NCBI RefSeq assembly: GCF_006345805.1
Contig: NW_021835617.1
Coordinates: 1-26,130 of the forward strand
DNA length: 26,130 nucleotides
Direction: 5' to 3'
Origin: Octopus sinensis
Taxonomy: Eukaryota
Shown here: positions 10,161 to 20,494 of the stretch, piece by piece
How the letters are laid out: each line of letters opens with the position of its first letter
How positions within the stretch are numbered: the first letter of the stretch is position 1
The notes under the pieces: model-generated
What the model was told of the DNA's origin: nothing
What the model saw: only the letters and a program-made list of their open reading frames with translations
The model's database searches: none
Made by a program: the position numbers and the translations under genes

Positions 10161-11050
10161 TCTGTTAGATCTTGCGATATTTTTTAATATAGCTTATTTT
10201 GTTAAATGCAGTCTGTCGTGAAAAAATGCACATTATAAATTGTATGCAGCAAACTGTGAATATTATATTATCATTTTTTTTTTTTGCAAGAATGGGCGGT
10301 CAAAAGCAGAATCGGCAGAGCGTCGGACTAACAGTATTGTAGAAAGGATATCCTGTAATTATCTTATATTGTTATGTTATGTTATTGTCATGTTAATTAC
10401 TAAGTCTAGCATACGCTAGATCCTGAGAGTCCCATGGAAGGTTCTTATTAGTCTGGATATAACAGATCGCCATTGATTTTAGTCTTGGTTCAGGACTTTT
10501 ACACGGCTGCAGATAATGTCCTGTTATTGATAAGGGATATCTTATCAGTAAGATGATAGGGGATTTAGCAAAAGTGTTTTAGAAACTAATTATTAAATCT
10601 GTTTCAGGATATTGATTACGGTCACGACATTAAACAGTTAAGTGATTTATAACACAACCATGAAACTATTATATTTGTGTGAAGGATAGTCAGTCGATCA
10701 TATCATACTCCAGTCTTTGGCTTGTATTTGGTTTACCAACCTTAGTACATGGTTAGTATTTCATTTATCGATCCTGCTGGGATACAGGAAGTTGACTGCT
10801 GCTGAAATTCAAAGCAAATTAAGTAAAATAGTTGTTATTGTTATATTGTGATTGGTAAAGACTATAAACACATTCACCAGTTATTTCTTTGTCGCCCACT
10901 TCTTTTGCATTTCTCAAAACAGTCCACCAAAATATTTTTCTCCACAACAATCTATAGCTTTCTCAGCGGATGTAAATTTTCCCTTTAAAATTCTTTGTTT
11001 TCAGTTTATAACTTGGATTACATTTCTATCACATTATTAACTATAACAAA

Positions 11051-11084
<34 letters not shown>

Positions 11085-11106
11085 GATATATATATATATA
11101 TAATAT

Positions 11107-11141
<35 letters not shown>

Positions 11142-11178
11142 CTATCTCTATCTCTCTATCTCTCTTTCTTTCTTTCTT
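11051..11178. repeat. (CT)n(TA)n(TATC) compound microsatellite
   Basis: Direct reading. Confidence 0.93.
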
Positions 11179-11270
11179 GCATACATACAACGCGAGCGCA
11201 CAAACTCAGTTATACTCGCTCGAAAAATTAAGCGGGCTTCATTAAAAGGAATAGCGTAAAAGATAATATT

Positions 11271-11420
11271 TACCTATTTCTTTACTACCCACAAGAGGCT
11301 AAACACAGAGAAGACAAACAAGGACAGACAAACGGATTAAGTCGATTACATCGACTCCAGTGCGTAACTGGTACTTATTTAATCGACCCTGAAAGGATGA
11401 AAGGCAAAGTCGACCTCGGC
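11271..11420 (-). mobile_element. 5'-truncated SINE monomer (GTCGACTTTGCCTTTCATCC family)
   Basis: Reverse complement closely matches ~15545-15695. Confidence 0.9.
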
Positions 11421-11618
11421 ATCGTATAAATAACATCAAATAATATACTGCTTGTCTCGACATGTGTTCGCTGCTATGCTTTTCAACATTTTTAACCATA
11501 TAACGAAGCCAAAATCGATAGCTATTACATAGTTTGTAACTAATATAGACCAAGGCTCGACATTTAAGGAACCTTGAGACAATCTTTCGCTTAGCCATAT
11601 CACCGGTACGATTTCTTC

Positions 11619-11687
11619 TCTTGAATGGGTATGACTTCGTTTCTTGAATGGATACGCTTTCCTTTCTTGAGTGGAACACATTTACCT
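11619..11687. repeat. three-copy 23 bp minisatellite
   Basis: TCTTGAATGG at 11619 and 11642; TCTTGAGTGG at 11665. Confidence 0.75.
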
Positions 11688-12252
11688 CTTACTGAGCGCT
11701 AGTTTTCTTGCGAATCATTTAAACATTACACAACATAAATCTTTTCTTACCTAGTTGAAAAAGATAGTGTTCCAATGTTCCAATGTCATACATATCTACA
11801 ATTCACAAAAAACCCGCTACTGTTTCGAATATAATTCTCTCCTACTTTTCTAATTATAAAAAGGAGCAAAAACCAAGAAAATAAGAATATTGGAAGCAGA
11901 TACAATAGATTTTCTGTTATTCATCAGGTAGAACAGATGAATTCCATGTTGTTTTTGGCACTTTACACTCGAATTTCTATGTCATCATTGGTTTTGATGT
12001 AGAAAACATATGCTGAAATTTGATCCATACCAAAGCAGCATGTGTGGCATTCAGCCGAAGATAGCACACTACACCAAAAAATATTGGTTTCTCTCGAGTC
12101 AGTAAGGGAGTTTCTAGACAGTCGATCCGCAAGCTAGAAATAGCAACTCAATTTTATTCTATTCTATCGAATTAACTCCTTTAAGAATTCATGACACTTA
12201 GAACACTGGGGTTCATAGGAACTGAAATTGACAGAATTGAAAGTTTGAAAGA

Positions 12253-12567
<315 letters not shown>

Positions 12568-12569
12568 TA

Positions 12570-12803
12570 CAGGGTTGGCCGAAAATCACCCGACATCAAA
12601 TAAATATTCCATAAATACTATCTGTAATTCTGCATTGACTCGAATGGAAAAATGTGTAACTCAAGAAGGACTTCAGTTTGAACAATTTTAATGATGTTTC
12701 ATATTTAGATGCTTTTATTAAAATTCATTCAGTTGTTATACATAAATAAATCTTGGAATTAAATGGTTTTGATTTACTGTCAGGTGAGTTTTTGCCAGTC
12801 CTG
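12570..12803 (+). mobile_element. 234 bp Tc1/mariner-type MITE retaining the transposase C-terminus
   Basis: TA-CAGGGTTGGCCGAAAATCACCCGACA at the left. The reverse complement of the right end is TA-CAGGACTGGCAAAAACTCACCTGACA. 12611-12691 encodes INTICNSALTRMEKCVTQEGLQFEQF*, like the R..C....G..FE C-terminus of rosa/Tc1-type transposases. Confidence 0.8.
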
Positions 12804-12806
12804 TAA

Positions 12807-12866
<60 letters not shown>

Positions 12867-13009
12867 CTCTGTTTGTCTGTAAGTTTGTCTATGTCTGTCT
12901 ATCTGTCTGTTAGTATATATATATGCATGTTCGAATGTATGTAGGTATTATGTATGTATGTATGTATGTATGTATGTATGTATGTATGTATGTATATATG
13001 TATGTATGT
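12807..13009. repeat. (ATCT)n ... (TATG)n microsatellites
   Basis: Direct reading. Confidence 0.93.
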
Positions 13010-13130
13010 ACTTAGAACTCAATATACTTCAGAGAAATGCGTTAGACGAGTATAGAGCAGAATGAGAGATAATATAAATGACGAGGAGCAATTACTTGTG
13101 CCTGTTAACTGAAAACGCATCATTCAAATT

Positions 13131-13166
13131 GTGTGTGTGTGTGTGTGTGTATGTGTGTGTGTGTAT
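13131..13166. repeat. (GT)n microsatellite
   Basis: Direct reading. Confidence 0.9.
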
Positions 13167-13227
13167 ACATATTACACACGTACATACACCCAAACTCACT
13201 TGCGAAACGCACGCAGCAGAGTATAGA

Positions 13228-13554
13228 GAGGGGTTGGGTAAATTTTGTAACCAATTACCCCAAAGTAATTGGTTGCAAAATGTTACCCCCTTGATGATGT
13301 TATCCCCTTGATTTGAAAGGAAGAAAATTATAGATTCTTTGAATTCAAAAGGTTTATTAAATCTATTTTACTGAATCTATTTTATTGAATCTATTTATAC
13401 GAATCTGTCTACGCGCCCATAACATTGGACAGATGCAATGTTACCAGAAGAAAATTTTCTTTCGTAACAAGGAGCACGTTTTATTTTTTATGTAATTTTA
13501 CTTATATCTAATGAGTCCTCATTACCCACAAGAATTTAATTTTTACCCCACTTG
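13228..13554. mobile_element. possible decayed hAT-like MITE
   Basis: Left end AGGGGTTGGGTAAA versus right end TTTACCCCACTTG (weak TIR). Internal 23 bp hairpin and AATCTATTT subrepeats. No TSD identified. Confidence 0.3.
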
Positions 13555-13806
13555 GGATAATTTACTCAGGTTTGCCAATGCCTGGTATAGAGATTGACAA
13601 GAAGGAAACTACACTGCAAATCAATGTAGTACGAATAAATTTCTGTCATAGGGAAATAGTTTACTACGGTAGACTAGCGTCTTATTCGATTACAAATGTG
13701 TTTCTCATCCACATAGCACTTCAGAAAACGGTGTTAAAAGATCACAGGTCGGTGTAACTGACGATGAATTGTTATCATGGAAATATAAATATCTGCGATA
13801 AACTGA

Positions 13807-13848
13807 CTTTTTACAGAAGCAAATCTGCTTTTTACAGAAGCAGATCTC
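13807..13848. repeat. 21 bp tandem duplication
   Basis: CTTTTTACAGAAGCAAATCTG / CTTTTTACAGAAGCAGATCTC. Confidence 0.85.
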
Positions 13849-13971
13849 TCTCACATCCTTCATGCTCCCGAAACAAGAGATAATGGGCACCGTGCAGCTC
13901 AGAAAGACAGGTTAATTGTTAGTATAATTACGTTTGTAATCAATAACAAGTGATATAGAGTTAATCAATGA

Positions 13972-14025
13972 TTATCTCTCTATCTTTCTCTTTCTCTTGC
14001 TCTCTTTACCTCTCTCTGTTTCTCC

Positions 14026-14062
<37 letters not shown>
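13972..14062. repeat. (CT)n-rich tract
   Basis: Direct reading. Confidence 0.9.
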
Positions 14063-14066
<4 letters not shown>

Positions 14067-14159
14067 ATGTATGTATTGTACATTTGCGCATATGTATGCA
14101 TACATATATGTATACATGATATCTGTCTACTCGATAGACGAACATGAGCTCCTTTGACA

Positions 14160-14254
14160 CATACGTACGTGTGTATATATATATATTATATATATATAAT
14201 TATATATACATACACATGCATACATACATGATACACACACACACATATATATTA

Positions 14255-14285
<31 letters not shown>

Positions 14286-14595
14286 ATATATGTGTGTATA
14301 TATTGTATATAAAGATATCTATACTTTTGTATGTATATATATATTTCTTTACTACCCACAAGGGGCTAAACATAGAGAGGACAAACAAGGACATACATAC
14401 ATACATACATACATACATACATACATACATACATACATACATACATACATACATACGTACGTACGTACATACATACATATGTATATATTGTATAAGAAAT
14501 ATGTATACTTTTGTGTGTGTATATATATATATATATATATGATGTGTGTGTGTGTGTGTGTGCATGTAGAAATATATATGTATACATACATACAA
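14160..14595. repeat. (TA)/(CA)/(TACA)/(TG) microsatellite cluster
   Basis: Direct reading. Contains the SINE fragment at 14342-14392. Confidence 0.9.
14342..14392 (-). mobile_element. short SINE 3' fragment
   Basis: TATTTCTTTACTACCCACAAGGGGCTAAACATAGAGAGGACAAACAAGGAC matches 11275-11325. Confidence 0.85.
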
Positions 14596-14689
14596 AGATG
14601 TTTACTTGCATAAATTTATGTGCATGCGAGACCACTATGGATTCCTTCAAGAGAATGGAGAGAGGAGAATTGACTCGAAGACTGGACAA

Positions 14690-14826
14690 AACTAGTAATT
14701 TTATCTATCGAGTTCGACGACTTGAGCGGCAAATTTGATATCAGTAGGATTTGAATTCAGAGAGGAGAAAAGCTGAAGTGAATAATGCAAAGCATTCGAA
14801 TATTCGGCACGCTAACGACTCTACCA
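14690..14826 (-). mobile_element. highly decayed SINE (same family as 15454-15858)
   Basis: GGATTTGAATTCAGA..GCATT..GCACGCTAACGACTCTACCA resembles the reverse complement of the family head. Confidence 0.4.
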
Positions 14827-14844
14827 AATTCACAACTTGGAGCA

Positions 14845-14957
14845 AGAACTACTACAGTAAAGATAACAACAACTAAAACACTAACAAAAACTACTACTTC
14901 TACTACTACTACTACTACCATATTAACCTCTTCAATAACAGCAATAATACTATGAAC
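14845..14957. repeat. ACT/ACA low-complexity tract, continuing at 15363-15453
   Basis: CTACTACT and ACAACA repeats, split by the SINE insertion. Confidence 0.7.
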
Positions 14958-15349
14958 GTGGAGGCGCAATGGCCCAGTGGTTAGGGCAGTGGACTCGCGG
15001 TCATAGGATCGCGGTTTCGATTCCCAGACCGGGCATTGTGAGTGTTTATTGAGCGAAAACACCTAAAAGCTCCACGAGGCTCCGGCAGGGGATGGTGGTG
15101 ATCACTGCTGTACTCTTTCCCCCGCAACTTTCTCTCACTCTTACTTCCTGTTTCTGTTGTACCTGTATTTCAAGGGGCCGGCCTTGTCACCCTCTGTGTC
15201 ACGCTGAATATCCCCGAGAACTACGTTAAGGGTGCACGTGTCTGTGGAGTGCTCAGCCACTTACATGTTAATTTCACGAGCAGGCTGTTCCGTTGATTCG
15301 GATCAACCGGAACCCTCGTCGTCGTAACCGACGGAGTGCTTCCCCCCTT
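14958..15349 (+). mobile_element. full-length tRNA-derived SINE (head A, tail Y) with 13 bp TSD
   Basis: TGGCCCAGTGG A-box and GGTTTCGATTCC B-box. TSD TAATACTATGAAC at 14945-14957 and 15350-15362. Confidence 0.92.
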
Positions 15350-15453
15350 TAATACTATGAACAATTTTACAATAAGAAAGACAAATATAATTCCAACTAT
15401 AACACTAACAACACCAACTATAATACAAATAACTACAATATTTAATAACTGCA

Positions 15454-15858
15454 AGGCAGCGAGCTGGCAGAAAACGTTAGCACGCCGGGCGAAATGCTTA
15501 GCGGCATTTCGTCTGCCGCTACGTTCTTAGTTCAAATTCCGCTGAGGTCGACTTTGCCTTTCATCCTTTCGGGGTCGATAAATTAAGTACCAGTTACGCA
15601 CTGGGGTCGATATAATCGACTTAATCCGTTTGTCTGTCTTTGTTCGTCCCCTCTGTGTGTAGCCCCTTGTGGGTAGTAAAGAAATAGAAATAGGTATTTC
15701 GTCTGTCTTTACGTTCTGAGTTCAAATTCTGCCGAGGTCGACTTTGCCTTTCATCCATCCCTTCGGGTCGATAATTTAAATACCACTTGCGTACTGCACT
15801 CGATCTAATCGATTGGTCCCTCCCCCAAATTTCGGACCCTATACCTAGAGTAGAAAAT
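15454..15858 (+). mobile_element. dimeric SINE with 17 bp TSD
   Basis: Two monomers, each with TTCGTCTG..GAGGTCGACTTTGCCTTTCATCC..GGGTCGATAA. TSD AATATTTAATAACTGCA at 15437-15453 and 15859-15875. Confidence 0.9.
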
Positions 15859-16475
15859 AATATTTAATAACTGCATTATTAACCAGAATACAGCCAATAG
15901 TGAATTTCAGAAACACCTACCTATATTTCTTTATCTACACTGAAATTACTTATGTAAAGAAAGTAATTACAATTGCATATAGAATGTAGAAATTCGAAGA
16001 ACTATTTTTTTCTTTCAATATTGGTTGCGGTGGAAGGTGCTTATTCTGGTACACCTTTGTTACATTCAGTTACGCTTTTTGTGAATTATTATTTCTACAA
16101 ATTAATCGATTTAACAGTATACTTTTTCTTTTATTAATGTGGACTACCAGCACAAAAATATTTCTCATTTCTCATTTAAACTTTCAAATCTCTTCCCTCA
16201 GAACCTTTGGAAGTTCTTCCTTCCTTGCTATTTTACCGATTGGTAGGTATTTCATTCTAAACATTCAAGTTCCATCAGTATCATCAACATTAGCACACTA
16301 GAAGGACTTGAAAAGGCTGTAGGCATGGTCCCTAGAGCGTAAAACTTTTTAAGAAAGTTACCGAAATTCATTGAACTTATAGATTTCTAAATACCAATAC
16401 ACAAGACTTCTTTCTGTTGTTACTAGTTTTCGATTATATATATTAACACCAAAGACGCATAAATAGAAAATACTC

Positions 16476-16567
16476 ACACACACACATACACACACACACA
16501 TATACGAATTCGTATACATATGTCAATTCTATGGATATGTGGGTATATATATATATATATATTATAT
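16476..16567. repeat. (CA)/(TA) microsatellites
   Basis: Direct reading. Confidence 0.85.
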
Positions 16568-16568
16568 A

Positions 16569-16727
16569 CTGACTTACCTAGAAAATATGAAGGCCGACCT
16601 AAGCCTGGAGATCCAACGAGCTATCAGCAACCACCTATGCAAATCACAAGGACCAGACACCCACTACCAACAAGAAAATCATACACACACAGCTCCATAC
16701 AAGAACTACCCACATTGTTACCACTGA
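16569..16727 (+). pseudogene. probable LINE ORF1 C-terminal remnant
   Basis: LTYLENMKADLSLEIQRAISNHLCKSQGP..YPHCYH*, directly upstream of the EN domain in a different frame. Assignment is positional. Confidence 0.5.
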
Positions 16728-16756
16728 ACAACATAAAACATAACTTAGAACAATGA

Positions 16757-19693
16757 AAACATCAAACTTCCCTTACCTCGACATTCCTGTTAAATGTACG
16801 TGGCATCAACCCATCAATTATTGCCCAAAAATGGAAGATCCCATAAATAGAGAGTTGGCTTGCCGAAACGGCACATTGCTTCCCTTTCTTTATCCTTACC
16901 GAAACTCACCTGAACAACACCCATATGGACGCCGAGGTGAAAATAAAAGATTTCACCATTGTTCGTGCGGATCGCACAGACCGAAATAAGGGAGGGACAG
17001 CCATCTTTATCCTTGACTCCTTTTCACTTGATGCCAAGGACATATTTTCCAATGGCTATTGTGAATCTGTATCACTATTCAGCAAGGCCATAATCATTGT
17101 TGGTCTTTACAGGCCTCCCCAAGCACCTCTAAAGTGCTTTGAAGAGTGCCTTAGCAAAGTCAAGTCCTTCCTTCGGAAGTACAACTCCGGAAACATACTA
17201 GTGATGGGTGATTTTAACCTCCCTCATGTGAACTGGCCCACAAATACCCTGAAGTTAGGCAAATACTCTACATCAGATAGAGCAGCAGCAGAACTGCTCT
17301 TTAATCTAATGGATGAATACTTCCTGACTCAGCTAGTGCTCGAACCAACGAGACAGAATAAAACGATCTTGGATCTGGTATTGACCAATCACTCTAGCTT
17401 CGTTCACAGTATTTCAGTTGAAAAAACTCTCCTCTCAGACCACAACATGGTACTCTGCAATTTTAATTCCCGACATATAAAAACCAAACCAGCCAATCCC
17501 ACTCCATGGCACTCATTTGACAACATAAATTTCCACAAAGCGGACTGGGGAGCAATCAGAAAGGATCTGTCTTTCATCGATTGGTCTTTTACTCTCAATT
17601 CCACCCATATTGAGACCGCATGGCAGCACTTTGAAAACATTGTCACCTATACATGCTCTAAACACGCTCCCACGAAATCTACTAACACAAACAGAAACCG
17701 GCTCCCTAAAAAGAAAAAAACACTCATCAGGCGCATCAAAAGATTCAACAAAAACATCAACCAATTAAAATATTCCCACATACAACATCCACATTCAACA
17801 ACAATGAAAAGGCTAGAGCTGGAAAAACTTCATCTGCAGACCGACATGAAAACCTCCATTGAAAATCAAAGAGCTGTGGAGGAACAGTGGGTAATCAAAA
17901 ACATCAAACAGAACCCAAAAGTGTTCTACTCTTATGCAAATAAGCATAGAACCACTGTCTCACCCATTGGGCCATTGATTGATGATAACAGCATTCCCCA
18001 ACACGATGCTAAAGAAATGGCAGAAATACTGCAAAAACAATACTGCTCTGTCTTTAGTGTTCCCACTGATATCGACGTAAGAGAAGCGAACGAAGTTGAC
18101 TCCCAGCATAAAATTTCAAACATAACCTTCACTGCCACTGACATCATAGCAGCAATAAATGAGGTCAAATACTACTCTGCTGTAGGCCCTGATAGATTCC
18201 CCGCTAGTCTCCTGAAGGAATGTAGACACCAACTTGCAGTCCCTCTGACCAACCTCTGGAGAAATTCGTTAGAGCAGGTTATATACCGAAACAGTTTCTA
18301 TCCCAGTCAGTCATCCCGGTTTTCAAACAGGGAAACAGATCCCTCGCACTCAACTATCGCCCAATCTCACTCACCTCCCACATCATTAAAGTGTTTGAAA
18401 GAGTGTTAAGATCAAGGATAGCTGACTTCCTGGAGACCCACAAACTCCTAAATGCAAATCAGCATGGTTTTCGCTGTGGAAGGGACTGTCTAACACAGCT
18501 CTTACACCACATTGAAGATGTACTCAAAGCCTTGGGAACAGGTTCGATCTCTGATGTCACTAGTAAAGCGTTCGACAGGGTAGACCATAATATCCTACTC
18601 TCAAAATTGACAAAAGTTGGAATCCGTGGATTCTACACTGGATTAAGTATTTCCGGGCAAATAGAACACAACATGTTGTAGTTGATGGAGTCCACACAAG
18701 CCCAGCACAAGTCACCAGCGGTGTCCCCCAGGGGACTGTCTTGGGTCCGCTACTCTTCATAATTTACATAAACGACCTTTCCAATGTCGTACATTACTGC
18801 AAAGTGAAAATATTTGCTGATGACACTAAGCTCCAGCAAATCGTCAATGAAGAAGCAGACCGAACTCAACTCCAGTCTGATCTATATGCTGTGAGTCAAT
18901 GGGCAGACAGAAACAAAATGCAACTGAACGAGGGAAAATTTGAGCTGATGCATTTTGGAAGAAATTCCTCACTAAAACAGCCATACTCCCTTCCTTCAGG
19001 GGAACCGCTCACAGCCTCTAACAATATCAGAGACCTGGGTGTAATTGTTGATGACGATCTCAGTTGGAGTGCACACATCAACAATAAGGTCGATATAGCT
19101 CGTAGGATGAGTTCCTGGATCTTAAGAACTTTCCGGTCCAGAGAACAAGATGTCATCATACCACTTTTCTCCTCATTTGTACGGCCACACCTCGAATACT
19201 GCTGCCCACTGTGGTCTCCCCATACAAGACAAAACATCTAGAGGATTGAATCACTCCGGAGGGCACTCACTAAACGAATTGAAGGCATGGCTGCTATCGA
19301 TTATTGGGATCGCCTTAAAGCCTTGAAACTCTACCCTCTCCAGCGTCGCCGTGAGCGGTACATCATTTGTGCGATGTGGAGAATATACCGCCAACTTTGC
19401 CCAAACGACCTGAACATTAGCTTCAAGGTTCATCCAAGACTGGACCACGGGCCATACGACCCTGCCCAATTCAAGATCACAGCATACATGTACACTGCAA
19501 CATAATTTCTTTTCCTCAACAGGCCTGCCCTATTTAACATTGTCCCGAAAGAGATCAAAGAGGAAAGGATCCCATCAACTTTAAACGGAGTCTGGATAGA
19601 TTCCTTCAAAGAATACCAGATAAGCCACCCATAATTGGATACAACTCACCCAACAAAAACTCACTACTTGAATGGACCATAAACAAAACTTGA
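16757..19693 (+). pseudogene. LINE ORF2: APE endonuclease plus reverse transcriptase, disrupted
   Basis: EN motifs: LNVRG, LTETHL, RADR..GGTAI, YRPP, MGDFNLP, LDLV, SDH. RT motifs: NYRPISLTSHIIKVFE, QHGF, SKAFDRVDH, SGVPQGTVLGPLLF, FADD (18813-18824), LGV, RPHLEYC..WSP, LQRRR, LDRFL..IPD. Stops at 16844 and 19239. Frameshifts at ~18274, ~18630 and several at ~19440-19570. In-frame ~12 nt loss at ~18559 (DVTSKAFD instead of DVIYLDFSKAFD). Confidence 0.95.
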
Positions 19694-19781
19694 CTTAAAC
19701 AGGATTCAAATAATCCTATCAGGTGGTGCTATTAAGTTAGACCTGGCCTGGACCAATCTTTGGTCGAAACATATCTAAGTT
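19694..19781 (+). other. LINE 3' UTR with two hairpins
   Basis: AGGATT-caaat-AATCCT (19701-19717) and GACCA-atctt-TGGTC (19751-19765), separated by GGTGGTGCT..TGGCC and followed by GAAAC. Confidence 0.75.
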
Positions 19782-19890
19782 TATATATATATATATATAT
19801 ATATATACGTATATATACACATATATATTTATATGAATATATACATACGTGTGCACATGTATGTATATACATAAATAAATATATGTATAT
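19782..19890. repeat. (TA)n-rich tract
   Basis: Direct reading. Confidence 0.9.
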
Positions 19891-20151
19891 GGATATAATT
19901 TCTTTATTTGTGAATTAAGACTACAATTGGTTTCATGTTGAGAAAATTAGAAAATATCCTATTGTCTTAACAATTTTTGAAGCTAGTGACGTGGAGAAGG
20001 GTGTTCGCCTCCATCTAATATATATGTCACTTAAGAAACTTGAAAGCAGCCCTTGATTTAGAGAATGGACGGACATAAGAGAGGATTGTTATACACAGCA
20101 GCTTGCATGTTAAATCGAAACTTTGTCTTTATCTTGATCTACCGTGCTCAG

Positions 20152-20365
20152 TTCTTCTTTTTCTTTTTTTCTTTTTTGTTACATCAAATTAATCCCCATT
20201 CATTGCGATCCAATGCAGTTTTGTCAGATGTTTTCAGGAGAAGGCTTGAGCTTGATTTTCTACCTTAACTATGATCTTCCTACATTTCTCTTCCCAGCAT
20301 ACATATAGATCTTCGGAATTCTCTTGTTGCTTATTCTGACGATGTGGCCAATCCATTTTAATTAG
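20152..20365 (-). mobile_element. decayed 3' fragment of an RTE-clade LINE
   Basis: The minus strand gives LKWIGHIVRISNKRIPK..GKRNVGRS*LR*K, then ALDRNEWG in another frame, matching the RTE ORF2 C-terminal pattern (LRW.GHV.RM...RIPK..GKR..GRP.LR..; A.DR..W). Ends in an A-rich tail. Confidence 0.65.
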
Positions 20366-20494
20366 AATATTAGAAATATAAAACAAAGGATTTAATGCTT
20401 CCAATTTTATATTTAGTGAATAAATCAAATCGAAATTCTATTGTACAGACCATATCCATAAATGGATACAATATGGTATATAGAAACATATATA

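Larger units (their letters stand above)
16569..19781 (+). mobile_element. 5'-truncated CR1-group non-LTR retrotransposon (LINE), decayed
   Basis: ORF1 C-terminal remnant, EN+RT ORF2 and a short structured 3' UTR. Flanked by (TA)n on both sides. Confidence 0.95.

Noticed and set aside
11248-11262. ATAGCGTAAAA shared with the array unit
   Set aside because: Only 11 nt long, with no extension on either side.
6650-12150. GCTAGAAATAG shared by 6682-6692 and 12132-12142
   Set aside because: They are probably scraps of an old repeat, but too short and diverged to define an element.
17404-19469. Minus-strand ORFs inside the LINE
   Set aside because: They are antisense shadows of ORF2, with no independent motifs.
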